Source: Candidatus Omnitrophota bacterium | GTDB taxonomy: Bacteria; Omnitrophota; Omnitrophia; Omnitrophales; Aquincolibacteriaceae | Direction: 5' to 3' | NCBI GenBank assembly: GCA_022709525.1 | Contig: JAKLIQ010000006.1 | Location: forward strand, 66,708-130,707 | Length of the DNA stretch: 64,000 nt | Shown: in pieces, positions 46,035 through 56,939 of the stretch | Numbering within the stretch: position 1 is the stretch's first letter | Layout of the letters: each line of letters begins with the position of its first letter | Program-made: the position numbers and the translations under genes | The notes under the pieces: generated by a model | The model's database searches: none | Told to the model about the DNA's origin: nothing | The model's input: only the letters and a program-made list of their open reading frames with translations

Positions 46035-48774
46035 AGGTTTTTGGGGCGGAAAAAATAAGCCGTTTTTCCCTGTTTTCAGCGTCAAAGACACTTCCGCCAA
46101 AAATAAAACAAAAAACGGTCCTGCCAAACGCTTTTGGAGCATCCGCTACAAGGTCATTCTTCTTGTGGCCTTCATGATGTTTTTTACCGTCGCGGCGCTC
46201 TCGACCTCCGGTTTTTTCCTTGTTTATAACATGCGTTCCCAGGCCATCGGGGAGAGCATTCAGATGGACGCGCGGCTCGCGTCAGAAGCTTTGGCGGACG
46301 CGGTCGAAGAAAAAATGAAGGCGCTTCGCGTTTACTTCGCCGATCCTGAGTGGAAAGAATTTTTACAAGAGGTCAACGCGGCGCGCGAGGCGCTTTCCCC
46401 GGAAGAGCGTGAGGCGTATTTTAAAAAAATGGACCTGGCATGGCCCGGCCTCGATGCGGGGGAGTGGGAACAGGCATTGAATGGACCCATGAGCGTTCGT
46501 TTGAAAAACTATGCCAGCGAGGATGATCAGATCGCCGAGATCTTTATCACGGACCGGTACGGGGGCTTGGTCGCCGCGTCCGGAAAAACCACGGATTTTT
46601 TTCAAGCCGACGAGACTTGGTGGCAGGATGCCTCCAAAGGCGAGGAAAGCCTCGAGCTTTTACGGGACGTATCCTTTGACGAATCTTCAGGTATCTTAGC
46701 CCTCGATATGACGACGTCGATCAAGGACAAAAAGGGGAATGTGATCGGGTTCGCCAAGCAAAGCGTGAACACCGAAGAATTTTTTAAGCTTTTGGATCAC
46801 TACACATTTAAAGAAACGGGACATGCCGTTCTTTTAAATAGTTACGGCGACGTCCTTTTTCATGAAGGCGTCAATCCTCTTTCGGTCAAAGTTTTTGATG
46901 AAAAAACGCTTCAAAAAGTCCTCTATGATAAGCGCGGCTGGATCATGCTTCCCGGAAGTTCTCTTCATAGGCATAAGATACTTGTAGGGAGGGCCAAGGT
47001 CGATTTTTCGGCGCTTGAAACAGGTAGCGTCCAGTGGTATGTCATTACCACGCTGGATGAGAAGGAATTTTTTCATCCTTTGAAAAGGGTCATTGCGATC
47101 CTTAGCTTAAGCGGAAGCGCTTTCTTTCTGTTTTTTTTCCTTCTCGGGTATTTTTTAAGCAAGAAGCTGGTCGATCCCACCCGTCAGCTTCACAAAGCGA
47201 TCCTGGAGGTCCAAAAAGGGAATTGGGATTATCCTTTGGAGATCCATACCGGCGATGAAGTGGAGGAGCTTGCTGATTCTTTCCGCGCCCTGATCAAGCA
47301 TCTCAGGCAGAGACAGCTTGACCTCGCCAAGGCCAGGGAGGAAGTGGAAGCGCTTTCTCAGAGTTTGGAAGAAAAGATCGAAGCAAGGACCCAGGACCTT
47401 TCGCAGAGCCAGCGCGCGACCATGAATATCATGGATGATCTCGCCGAAACGAACGAAAAAATAAAAAAACAAACGGAAGAATTAGAACGTAATCGTGAGC
47501 TTCTGAACGAAACCGGCGAAATGGCGAAGGTCGGGGGCTGGGAAGTGGACCTTGCGACCCAAGCGTCGACTTGGACGGACGAAACATACCGGATCCACGA
47601 GCTAGAGATCGGACACGCGCCCAGCCTGCAGGAGGCGATTGGTTTCTACGCTCCCGAATCGCGGCCTATTCTTGTCGAAGCGGTTAAAAACGCCATGGAA
47701 GAAGGACAGCCGTTCGATCTCGAGCTTGAGATCATCCCGGTTAAAACAAAGAAAAGGCTCTGGGTGCGCGCCAGCGGGAAGCCTATCTATGAACGGGGCA
47801 AGATCTTCAAACTGCGCGGGACGTTCCAGGACATCGATGTCCGCAAACGCACCGAGATCGAACTTAAAAAGCAAAAGTCCGAGCTGGAAACCCAGTCTTG
47901 GGGGCTTCAAAAAGCGAACGAAGGCATCAAAGCACTTTATCAGGAATTGGAGGCAAAGAGCGTGAAACTTGAGAAGTTGGACAAAATGAAGGATGAATTT
48001 GTATCGGTCGTCGCGCACGAACTGCGCAGCCCTTTAAGCGTGATCCATGAAGCGGCCGCCCTGATCATGGACGGGCTCGCGGGGCCTGTTTCCGAACAGC
48101 AAAAGGGCTATATCGAGATGGTCCGGCGGACCGCGGACCGTTTGATCCATATTACCAATGACCTCTTAGATCTTGCGAAGATCGAAGCCGGGAAGATCGT
48201 TCTGAACTTTGAACCGATGGACATCATTTCCGCGGCGCGGCAGGCGTGCGAAGGAAGCCGCCTTCGCGCCAATAAGAAAGGCCTCGAGATCCGCGAAGAA
48301 TTTCCGGCCGAGCGGCTTCAGATCACCGCCGATTACGATAAACTTTCACAGGTCATGGTGAATCTTTTAACGAACGCGGTGAAATTCACCCAGAAGGGAT
48401 CTGTGACCTTCGAGATCAAGGACCTCGGGGGCGAAGTCCAGTGCGCTGTCCAGGATACGGGGCCCGGGATCGCCGAGGAGAACCTTTCACGGCTTTTTAA
48501 CAAATTCGAACAATTTGGCACGCAAGCGACAAGCGGCGAGAAGGGGACAGGGCTTGGGCTCGTGATCTCCAAAAGCATCGTGGAAGCCCACGGCGGCCGC
48601 ATCTGGGCGGAAAGTCAGCCCGGCAAAGGATCTTCTTTTATTTTTGTCGTACCGAAGCAGCCGAAACGGAAACGCAAGCTCGGCGAGATCCTTGTGGAAG
48701 ACAAGACCCTCACTCCCGAGCAACTGGACGAAGCCCTTCGCCGGCAGAAGGAGCACGAAGAACAAGGATCTTAG
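46027..48774 (+). CDS. sensor histidine kinase (dCache-like periplasmic domain - HAMP - coiled coil - PAS - HisKA - HATPase_c)
   Basis: H-box KDEFVSVVAHELRSPL; N, G1, G2 boxes (LLTNAVKFT, DTGPGI, GTGLGL). 46009 is an alternative start. Confidence 0.85.
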   Translation: MGKGFWGGKNKPFFPVFSVKDTSAKNKTKNGPAKRFWSIRYKVILLVAFMMFFTVAALSTSGFFLVYNMRSQAIGESIQMDARLASEALADAVEEKMKALRVYFADPEWKEFLQEVNAAREALSPEEREAYFKKMDLAWPGLDAGEWEQALNGPMSVRLKNYASEDDQIAEIFITDRYGGLVAASGKTTDFFQADETWWQDASKGEESLELLRDVSFDESSGILALDMTTSIKDKKGNVIGFAKQSVNTEEFFKLLDHYTFKETGHAVLLNSYGDVLFHEGVNPLSVKVFDEKTLQKVLYDKRGWIMLPGSSLHRHKILVGRAKVDFSALETGSVQWYVITTLDEKEFFHPLKRVIAILSLSGSAFFLFFFLLGYFLSKKLVDPTRQLHKAILEVQKGNWDYPLEIHTGDEVEELADSFRALIKHLRQRQLDLAKAREEVEALSQSLEEKIEARTQDLSQSQRATMNIMDDLAETNEKIKKQTEELERNRELLNETGEMAKVGGWEVDLATQASTWTDETYRIHELEIGHAPSLQEAIGFYAPESRPILVEAVKNAMEEGQPFDLELEIIPVKTKKRLWVRASGKPIYERGKIFKLRGTFQDIDVRKRTEIELKKQKSELETQSWGLQKANEGIKALYQELEAKSVKLEKLDKMKDEFVSVVAHELRSPLSVIHEAAALIMDGLAGPVSEQQKGYIEMVRRTADRLIHITNDLLDLAKIEAGKIVLNFEPMDIISAARQACEGSRLRANKKGLEIREEFPAERLQITADYDKLSQVMVNLLTNAVKFTQKGSVTFEIKDLGGEVQCAVQDTGPGIAEENLSRLFNKFEQFGTQATSGEKGTGLGLVISKSIVEAHGGRIWAESQPGKGSSFIFVVPKQPKRKRKLGEILVEDKTLTPEQLDEALRRQKEHEEQGS

Positions 48775-48789
48775 GTTTGAAGCGATAAA

Positions 48790-48830
48790 AAAAGCCGGTT
48801 CCCTTTACGGAGAACCGGCTTTTTCTTTTT
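48790..48830. terminator. bidirectional rho-independent terminator (histidine kinase + / groEL1 -)
   Basis: AAAAAGCCGGTTC-cctttacg-GAGAACCGGCTTTTTCTTTTT. Confidence 0.8.
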
Positions 48831-48839
48831 CGGGAAAAG

Positions 48840-50468
48840 TTATTCGATGCTGCCCGAATAATTCGAGGATTTTTTCTTATCCTCGTCTTTCTTTTCTTTG
48901 GGTTTTTCCGCCACGACGCACTCGGTCGTGAGGATCAGCCCCGCGATACTGCAGGCGTTCTCCACCGCGATACGGACGACCTTGGCCGGGTCGATGACCT
49001 TATCTTCCACAAGGTCGGAAAACTCTCCCGATTGCGCGTTAAATCCAAAACTGCCCTTGCCTTCAAGGATCTTCTTTACGACGACCGATCCGTCGACGCC
49101 CGCGTTATGGGCGATCTTGCGCGCGGGTTCCTGAAGGGCCCGGCGCACGATCTGAACGCCGGTCGCTTCATCGCCGGAAGCTTTCACGTCGTCGAGTGAT
49201 GCGATCGAGCGCAGAAGCGCCACGCCGCCGCCCGGAACAATGCCTTCCTCGATGGCCGCCCGGGTCGCGTGAAGCGCGTCCTCGATGCGGGCTTTCATTT
49301 CTTTCATCTCGACTTCGGTCGCCGCGCCGACCTTGACGACGGCCACGCCGCCGGAAAGTTTCGCCAGGCGCTCCTGGAGTTTTTCCTTGTCGTATTCGGA
49401 GTCGGATTTTTCGATCTGGGCCTTGATCTGCTCACAGCGGGCCTTGAGGTCCTTCGCGGCCCCCGCGCCGCCCACGATCGTGGTGTTATCCTTATCGATC
49501 ACGACGCGCTGGGCCGTGCCGAGCATATCAAGATCGACATTCTCAAGCTTCACGCCGAGGTCCTCGGAAACGAATTTGCCTTTGGTGAGGATCGCGATAT
49601 CTTCCATCAACGCCTTCCGCCGATCGCCGAATCCCGGGGCCTTCACGGCCGCGATCTGAAGTACGCCGCGGATCTTGTTCACGACGAGGGTCGCGAGCGC
49701 CTCGCCTTCAATATCTTCGGAAACGATCAGAAGCGGTTTCCCGAGGCGAGCGACTTTTTCAAGCGCCGGCACAAGGTCTTTGACCGCGCTGATCTTTTTC
49801 TCGTAAAGGAGGATGTAGGGTTCTTTTAAGACCACTTCCATCCGTTCGGCATCGGTCACAAAGTAGGGCGAGAGATAGCCGCGGTCGAACTGCATACCCT
49901 CGACCACGTCCAGCTCGGTCTTAAGGCCTTTGGCTTCTTCGACCGTGATAACGCCTTCTTTGCCGACCTTTTCAAGAGCGTCCGCCAGAAGCTGACCGAT
50001 GCTCTGATCATTGTTAGCGCTGATCGCGCCGACCGCGGTGATGTCTTCTTTGCCTTTGACGGCTTTCGACATTTTCTTTACCGCTTCAACTACTTTCGCG
50101 GAAGCCTTATCGATCCCGCGTTTCAGGGCCATGGGGTTAGCTCCCGCAGTGACGTTTTTCAGGCCTTCCGAGACGATGGCTTGGGCCAGGACCGTGGCGG
50201 TCGTTGTGCCGTCCCCGGCGTTATCGGAAGTCTTTTCCGCGACTTCACGGACCATCTGGGCACCCATATTTTCGTAAGGGTCCTTCAGGTCGATCTCTTT
50301 GGCGACCGTGACACCGTCTTTAGTGACAAGCGGCGCCCCGAATTTCTTGTCGATCACAACATTACGGCCGCGGGGCCCGAGTGTGACGCCGACAGCCCGC
50401 GCGAGGATATCCACGCCGCGTTTGATCCGCTGGCGCGATTCTTCCGAGTAGGAAATAAGTTTTGCCAT
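48840..50468 (-). CDS. groL: chaperonin GroEL, paralog 1 (no C-terminal GGM repeat tail)
   Basis: [38 protein letters not shown]...[14 protein letters not shown]. The C-terminus is [17 protein letters not shown] rather than a Gly-Gly-Met repeat. Confidence 0.95.
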   Translation of the reverse strand: MAKLISYSEESRQRIKRGVDILARAVGVTLGPRGRNVVIDKKFGAPLVTKDGVTVAKEIDLKDPYENMGAQMVREVAEKTSDNAGDGTTTATVLAQAIVSEGLKNVTAGANPMALKRGIDKASAKVVEAVKKMSKAVKGKEDITAVGAISANNDQSIGQLLADALEKVGKEGVITVEEAKGLKTELDVVEGMQFDRGYLSPYFVTDAERMEVVLKEPYILLYEKKISAVKDLVPALEKVARLGKPLLIVSEDIEGEALATLVVNKIRGVLQIAAVKAPGFGDRRKALMEDIAILTKGKFVSEDLGVKLENVDLDMLGTAQRVVIDKDNTTIVGGAGAAKDLKARCEQIKAQIEKSDSEYDKEKLQERLAKLSGGVAVVKVGAATEVEMKEMKARIEDALHATRAAIEEGIVPGGGVALLRSIASLDDVKASGDEATGVQIVRRALQEPARKIAHNAGVDGSVVVKKILEGKGSFGFNAQSGEFSDLVEDKVIDPAKVVRIAVENACSIAGLILTTECVVAEKPKEKKDEDKKKSSNYSGSIE

Positions 50469-50475
50469 GGTTTTA

Positions 50476-50550
50476 CTCCTTTAATGAGCGCATAACTTAC
50501 GGAGTGAAGCGACGTAAGTTATTTGCGCGAATTAAACCCCACACCCAGCG
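50476..50550. repeat. groE-locus repeat, forward copy R1 (hairpin GCGCATAACTTACG-n11-CGTAAGTTATTTGCGC + GAATTAAACCCCACACCCAGCG), immediately 5' of groEL1
   Basis: R1 is >90% identical over ~75 bp to copy R2 at 50991-51066. Its outer end ...GCGCTCATTAAAGGAG (minus sense) supplies the groEL1 RBS. Confidence 0.85.
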
Positions 50551-50623
50551 CCTGCTGATTTGTGAGATTTTGTGAATAGTGTTTTTCATGATTTATTTTA
50601 CCGGATTATTTCCACGACCCATT

Positions 50624-50696
50624 GCTGGGCGTGGGGTGAATTCGGGTCTACCATTTAGCTTCACTTCGCTCGCTAAATGATGCCCTCATTCACTCC
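50624..50696. repeat. groE-locus repeat, inverted diverged copy L1 (GCTGGGCGTGGGGTGAATTC + hairpin CATTTAGC...GCTAAATG)
   Basis: L1 is the reverse complement of the R-type consensus at ~65% identity. It faces R1 across a 73-bp AT-rich spacer and overlaps the groES stop codon. Confidence 0.75.
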
Positions 50697-50983
50697 TTCT
50701 CGTAAACGGCGAGGATCTCGCTCTCTTTGAGGATCTTGTGCTTGACGCCGTCGATCACGATATCATCGCCGGAATATTTCCCGAAAAGCACGCGGTCGCC
50801 TTTTTTTACTTCGATCGCCTGGACTTTGCCGGACTCGAGCGTTTTGCCGGCGCCGACCGCGACCACTTTACCCTCGGTCTTTTCCTCTTTCGCGGTATCC
50901 GGAAGGATGATGCCGCCTTTGGTTTTTTCTTCCGCTTCAAGAACTTCCACCAGCACTCTGTCCGCTAACGGTTTTACTTTCAT
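50690..50983 (-). CDS. groS: co-chaperonin GroES
   Basis: [34 protein letters not shown]...; 97 aa. Confidence 0.95.
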   Translation of the reverse strand: MKVKPLADRVLVEVLEAEEKTKGGIILPDTAKEEKTEGKVVAVGAGKTLESGKVQAIEVKKGDRVLFGKYSGDDIVIDGVKHKILKESEILAVYEKE

Positions 50984-50990
50984 GTTTGGG

Positions 50991-51066
50991 TCTCCTTTAA
51001 TGAGCGCATAACTTGCGGAGTGAAGCGACGTAAGTTATTTGCGCGAATTAAACCCCACACCCAGCG
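50991..51066. repeat. groE-locus repeat, forward copy R2, immediately 5' of groES
   Basis: Near-identical to R1 and supplies the groES RBS (UUAAAGGAGACCCAAAC-AUG). Confidence 0.85.
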
Positions 51067-51067
51067 C

Positions 51068-51298
51068 TTAGCTTAAGGATCGCTTGATCCGCTGCTTTAA
51101 CGCTGTTAGTGCCTGGGCATAATGTTTAAGTTTTCGTTCGCGATCCCTAGCATCAGTCTCAGATCGGTAAGCTTCATAATATTTAAGCTCCCATGATCCT
51201 TTCGCCTGATGCTCGGCCATTCTCCTTTTTAGATTACTGCTATACCCGTAATACAGGTCTTGGGTTGATTTGTTCTTCAAAACATATACATAATGCAT
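51068..51298 (-). CDS. GIY-YIG nuclease family protein (small, YhbQ/UPF0213-like)
   Basis: MHYVYVLKNKSTQDLYYGYSSNLKRRMAEHQ: GIY...YIG motifs, conserved R, and conserved E in the RMAEH block. 76 aa with no obvious RBS. Flanked by repeat copies L2 and R2 in inverted orientation. Confidence 0.8.
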   Translation of the reverse strand: MHYVYVLKNKSTQDLYYGYSSNLKRRMAEHQAKGSWELKYYEAYRSETDARDRERKLKHYAQALTALKQRIKRSLS

Positions 51299-51303
51299 AC
51301 AAA

Positions 51304-53038
<1,735 letters not shown>

Positions 53039-53139
53039 TTAAATGAGCCCCGCCTCTTGCATCTGCAAGATGCGGCGGGGCGAATTTAATCCGCCGATGC
53101 TTTGTGGCGGATCGTTAAAGGTGATGTAATGCTTCGAGG

Positions 53140-53166
53140 TTAGCACTCAAAAATCACGAGTGCCAG
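53140..53166. promoter_or_regulatory. CIRCE-like HrcA operator (TTAGCACTC-N9-GAGTGCcAg), degenerate right arm
   Basis: ttagcactc-aaaaatcac-gagtgccag lies ~115 nt upstream of the groEL2 start. The consensus is TTAGCACTC-N9-GAGTGCTAA. Confidence 0.6.
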
Positions 53167-53198
53167 GAGGCGTTATTGTATTCAGGAGGCTCAAAAAA

Positions 53199-53963
53199 TC
53201 AAGAGGATTTTTTCAAATGCTCGCGAAAAAGGGCGAGAATGGACTTGATGGAGTGCTTAGGGTCGATGGTATCGATATGCTTCGTATAAGGGCGTATCAC
53301 CTCAGCAAAGCCGCCGGTAGCCAGGACTCGGAGGTTCTTCCCATATCGCTTCCGGAACCTCTGGATCAGTTCGTCGGTCATGGCGCCATAGCCCTCCAGG
53401 ATCCCGGATTCCATGCACTCTCTGGCGTTTCGTCCCAGGAAAGACTTTTGCTTCTTTGGCATAGCGATTCCCTTAGGGAGTAAGGCGGCCCGTTGGCTCA
53501 AAGCTCTATAGGCGGTTTCGGGTCCAGGGATGATCATTCCTCCCTGGAAGACCCCTTTGGAATCAATATAGTCAAATGTAATGGCCGTTCCGTAATCAAT
53601 AACGAGGATTGGAAGCCGGTACATCTGCATTGCGCCATAGACATTGACCTTCCTGTCGCATCCTAACCCATTGAAATCATTGTAGTTGTGCCGTATTTTG
53701 ACTGGAATATCTCGGCCAAGGACCCATACAGAAAGGCCATTTTTATTTTGTAATTTACATTCAATAAAACACGTTATTTTTGGGAAAACAGAGCTTATAA
53801 CGACATCTAAATGACTATTTTTACCACTTTTTAGGCATTTTATAGCATATTTTGGGATATCGTTATAATAGATAGATCCAAAGTCCAATAAACGGCCACC
53901 TTCATAGAACCCGACCGTAGCCGCTGTGTTCCCGATATCAATAGCCAATATTCTCTTCATCAT
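53199..53963 (-). CDS. coaX: type III pantothenate kinase
   Basis: MMKRILAIDIGNTAATVGF...; DxGNT motif. An AAGGAAG RBS favours a start at 53963 over 53978. Confidence 0.85.
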   Translation of the reverse strand: MMKRILAIDIGNTAATVGFYEGGRLLDFGSIYYNDIPKYAIKCLKSGKNSHLDVVISSVFPKITCFIECKLQNKNGLSVWVLGRDIPVKIRHNYNDFNGLGCDRKVNVYGAMQMYRLPILVIDYGTAITFDYIDSKGVFQGGMIIPGPETAYRALSQRAALLPKGIAMPKKQKSFLGRNARECMESGILEGYGAMTDELIQRFRKRYGKNLRVLATGGFAEVIRPYTKHIDTIDPKHSIKSILALFREHLKKSS

Positions 53964-54060
53964 AGACTTCCTTGTCATTTTGACACAATCAAAAAAAATC
54001 CTTAAAAAGGTCTAGATTTACCACTTCTATATCAAGAATCAATGAATTTTGGGATAAGGA

Positions 54061-54615
54061 CTACTTTATAGTGCCATTTTCGTATAATTCATTAATTTTT
54101 TGACCCAATTCCTCGAGAATGCCATCCAAGACTTCCGGGATTTTGTAGAGCCTCTCTTTTAGCGCCATCATCGAGATGCCTTCCGGAGGGATCTCCGAAG
54201 CTTTCGCGTTAACATTAAGCCCGATCCCGATAACGACGGCCTCTAGTTCTGACGGAGAGGAAAGGGCCTCAACCAGAATACCGCATATCTTGTGGCCACC
54301 GGCCATAACGTCGTTCGGCCGCTTGAATTCGGAAGCAATATCATACTTCTCTTTCAAGACCTTGGCAACGGCCCGGCATGCGACCTGGGTCAGCATCGGC
54401 GCTTGGGCCGGGCTCAAGGGGGGCCGGAGCAAGATCGAGCAAAGGAGGTTCTTATCTTCGGGAGAGACCCAAGTTCTTCCGGGCTTCCCGCGTCCCAGAG
54501 TCTGGCATCGCGCGGTCAGAACAAGGCCTTCCGGCGCGCCTTGGCGGGCACGGTCCAGAAGAAGCGTATTGGTCGATGTGACTTTGCCGAGATTTTCGAT
54601 CTGGAATGCGATCAT
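54061..54615 (-). CDS. birA: biotin-[acetyl-CoA-carboxylase] ligase (BirA catalytic domain, no N-terminal HTH)
   Basis: GRGKPGRTW (the GRGRxGRxW signature) and KICGILVE. Confidence 0.85.
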   Translation of the reverse strand: MIAFQIENLGKVTSTNTLLLDRARQGAPEGLVLTARCQTLGRGKPGRTWVSPEDKNLLCSILLRPPLSPAQAPMLTQVACRAVAKVLKEKYDIASEFKRPNDVMAGGHKICGILVEALSSPSELEAVVIGIGLNVNAKASEIPPEGISMMALKERLYKIPEVLDGILEELGQKINELYENGTIK

Positions 54616-54655
54616 TTGCTGTTCCTTTGTCTGCGACAGCCGGGCAGGTTTTCAG

Positions 54656-55789
54656 TTAATGAACAACGATCCGGGGGATATGAGAGCTTAAGCGTGTGAC
54701 GATTTCGTAGGGGATCGTATGAGCCCAGCCGGCAATATCTTCGGCCGTAATGCGTTCGTTTTGATCCTCACCGATGAGCGTGACCGTATCGCCTTCTTTG
54801 GCTTCGATATTTCCGAGATCCACGGCGATATAATCCATCGAGACCTTGCCGGCCAAAGAACAGCGCTTGCCGCGGCAGAGGACAGAAGCTTTTTTCCAGG
54901 CGGCGTAAGGATAACCGTGGCTGTAACCCAGCGGCAGGATGGCGACCGTTGTATCCGTTTTAGCCACGAATTCACGGCCGTAGCCGACCGATTCACCGGC
55001 GCGGACTTTCTTTACGAGGACGATCCTGCTTTTAAGCGAAAGTACCGGCTCGAAATGAGCCTGTGTTTTTAACTCCAGGTCGGGATAGATCCCATAAAGG
55101 GTCAGGCCCGGCCGGATCATATTAAAAAGCGGGGTTTTCAAAGTAAGCGTCGCGGCGCTATTGGTCGCATGGCGGAACCGGAAAATGATCCCTTTTTGCT
55201 CGAGAATTTGCAAGAGAAGTCCGAATTCACGGACTTGGTTTTCGCGGAAAGCATCGTCCTTTTCGGCCGTCGGAAAATGGGTATAAATACCGTCAAGCAT
55301 GAGGCCCTTCAGGCGGGTCATTTCCTCTATACAAACAGCCGCTTCCCGGACCGGGATTCCCATGCGCCCCATACCGGTGTCGATCTTCACATGAACGGAA
55401 GTTTTGCGGCCGAGATCTTCCGAAAGATCCGAAATTTCCTTGGCTTTTTCAACACTTGAAACGCTCAACGTGATGCCGCCTAAAAGCGCCGCGGGGATCT
55501 CATGGGGGAACAAATGCCCAAAAAGAAAGACAGGGGTTTGAGGGTGGTTTTCTTTAAGTTCCAAAGCTTCGCGCAGGGTCGCGACGCCAAAGTAAGTAAC
55601 GCGGCCCGCAAGGGCGTTCGCGATCTCGCTTAGACCGTGGCCGTAGGCGTTCGCTTTGATGACGGCCAGGACATCTGTTTGCCCGGAATGCTTGCGAAGG
55701 GTCTCGAGATTTTGGAGCAGGCGGTCTGCGCGCAACTCGATCCATGAGCTGTGCTGGATCCTGGATGTGCTTTGATCGAGTTTAACCAT
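54656..55789 (-). CDS. alr: alanine racemase
   Basis: AVIKANAYGHG PLP-lysine motif; 377 aa. Confidence 0.9.
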   Translation of the reverse strand: MVKLDQSTSRIQHSSWIELRADRLLQNLETLRKHSGQTDVLAVIKANAYGHGLSEIANALAGRVTYFGVATLREALELKENHPQTPVFLFGHLFPHEIPAALLGGITLSVSSVEKAKEISDLSEDLGRKTSVHVKIDTGMGRMGIPVREAAVCIEEMTRLKGLMLDGIYTHFPTAEKDDAFRENQVREFGLLLQILEQKGIIFRFRHATNSAATLTLKTPLFNMIRPGLTLYGIYPDLELKTQAHFEPVLSLKSRIVLVKKVRAGESVGYGREFVAKTDTTVAILPLGYSHGYPYAAWKKASVLCRGKRCSLAGKVSMDYIAVDLGNIEAKEGDTVTLIGEDQNERITAEDIAGWAHTIPYEIVTRLSSHIPRIVVH

Positions 55790-56489
55790 GTTTCCTTTTT
55801 TCTGCCAATCTTTCTTCCGGTTCGGAATTGCGCAAATAGACCGGCAGAAGATCGTTCGGCCGCGTTAATTTTTTAAGAAGCGGGCTTTTCGCTTCAAAGA
55901 GCTCAATTAAGACCGATGCCCGGGGATGCCAGTCTTTTTCGGGCGTCCGCTCAAAATGCTGGGCATCGAACTTTGTAAGGCCGTCACCGGCGATCCGGCT
56001 GCCTCGCGGGAATTCCCGCGCCGCTTCTTTGATCAAAAGAACGCGAGCCGGCCCTTCCGGAACCCATCTTTTTTTATGATAACGGTATGAACGAGCGTAA
56101 AGTTTACCACGTTTTGCATCGAGGCACACCGCAAGATTTTCATGGCGCGCTAGGGCGAGATCTGGCTGTTTGCCGGGCTTAATTCCGGCTGCGATGAGGT
56201 CTAAAGAAGAAGCGCCGTAGCAGGGTTTTTTCCTTATGGCGAGGAGGCCTTTCAGCGTCGCGAAACCGATGCGAAGCCCTGTGAAGGACCCCGGTCCGCG
56301 GCCGATCAGAAAAACATCCACATCGCTGATCTTGAGCTGCTCCCGTTTCAGAAGCCGGTCGATCACGGGGAGGAGATTTTCAGCGTGTTTCATGAAGCCT
56401 TTGACCGTGGCATGACGCGCCTTGCCCCCACATTTTTTCAGGGCGACGCTTAAGACAGGGCTTGAAGTCTCAATGGCTAATAAATTCAT
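55782..56489 (-). CDS. tsaB: tRNA threonylcarbamoyladenosine biosynthesis protein TsaB (YeaZ)
   Basis: MNLLAIETSSPVLSVAL...; inactive Kae1/TsaD-like fold of ~230 aa. Its start overlaps the alr stop. Confidence 0.8.
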   Translation of the reverse strand: MNLLAIETSSPVLSVALKKCGGKARHATVKGFMKHAENLLPVIDRLLKREQLKISDVDVFLIGRGPGSFTGLRIGFATLKGLLAIRKKPCYGASSLDLIAAGIKPGKQPDLALARHENLAVCLDAKRGKLYARSYRYHKKRWVPEGPARVLLIKEAAREFPRGSRIAGDGLTKFDAQHFERTPEKDWHPRASVLIELFEAKSPLLKKLTRPNDLLPVYLRNSEPEERLAEKRKHG

Positions 56490-56548
56490 AGGACAGTATT
56501 CTATTCAGAAAGCGGAAAAAGGGAATGCTTAAGAACCTCATTCCGGGA

Positions 56549-56578
56549 TTGACATACCCCATGGGGGTATGTTAGTAT
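56549..56578 (+). promoter_or_regulatory. sigma-70 promoter (TTGACA-18-TAGTAT) with embedded CsoR-type operator palindrome ATACCCC-ATG-GGGGTAT
   Basis: A perfect 7-3-7 GC-rich palindrome between -35 and -10, directly upstream of the csoR-like gene. It resembles known CsoR boxes such as the B. subtilis copZA operator TACCC..GGGTA. Confidence 0.7.
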
Positions 56579-56604
56579 TTGATCAGGGGGAGGAGGAAGG
56601 AAAC

Positions 56605-56883
56605 ATGAAAAAAGGAGCAGATCAAACCGACAAACTGGTGGCGCTGAGGCGCATTGAGGGCCAGGTCCGCGGTATTCACAAGATGATCGAAGACCGGCGT
56701 TATTGTATCGATATTCTAAACGCGACAGAAGCTATCCACGGCGCCTTAAAAAGCGTTGAAGCACAGATCCTTAAAGGGCATCTGGACACATGTGTTAAGA
56801 ACGCATTTACGGGCGGATCGAAAACAGATAAAGAAAAAAAGATCCGTGAGGTTTATGAACTTTTCTCAAGGATCAAAAAATAA
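56605..56883 (+). CDS. csoR: CsoR/RcnR-family metal-sensing repressor (Cu(I)-type C-H-C ligand set)
   Basis: 93 aa from the ATG with a GGAGGAAGG RBS. Cys in RRYCIDIL and His-x3-Cys in KGHLDTC, matching the CsoR x-Y-z fingerprint. Confidence 0.75.
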   Translation: MKKGADQTDKLVALRRIEGQVRGIHKMIEDRRYCIDILNATEAIHGALKSVEAQILKGHLDTCVKNAFTGGSKTDKEKKIREVYELFSRIKK

Positions 56884-56939
56884 AAGTTCCAAGGAAATCT
56901 AAAGAGCTCTAGAATGAGCCATCAACGAGGGCTGCTGCG

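Noticed and set aside
50476-51066. CIRCE (HrcA operator) upstream of groES and groEL1
   Set aside because: The inverted repeats there (GCGCATAACTTACG-N11-CGTAAGTTATTTGCGC) do not match TTAGCACTC-N9-GAGTGCTAA. Only the element before groEL2 is CIRCE-like.
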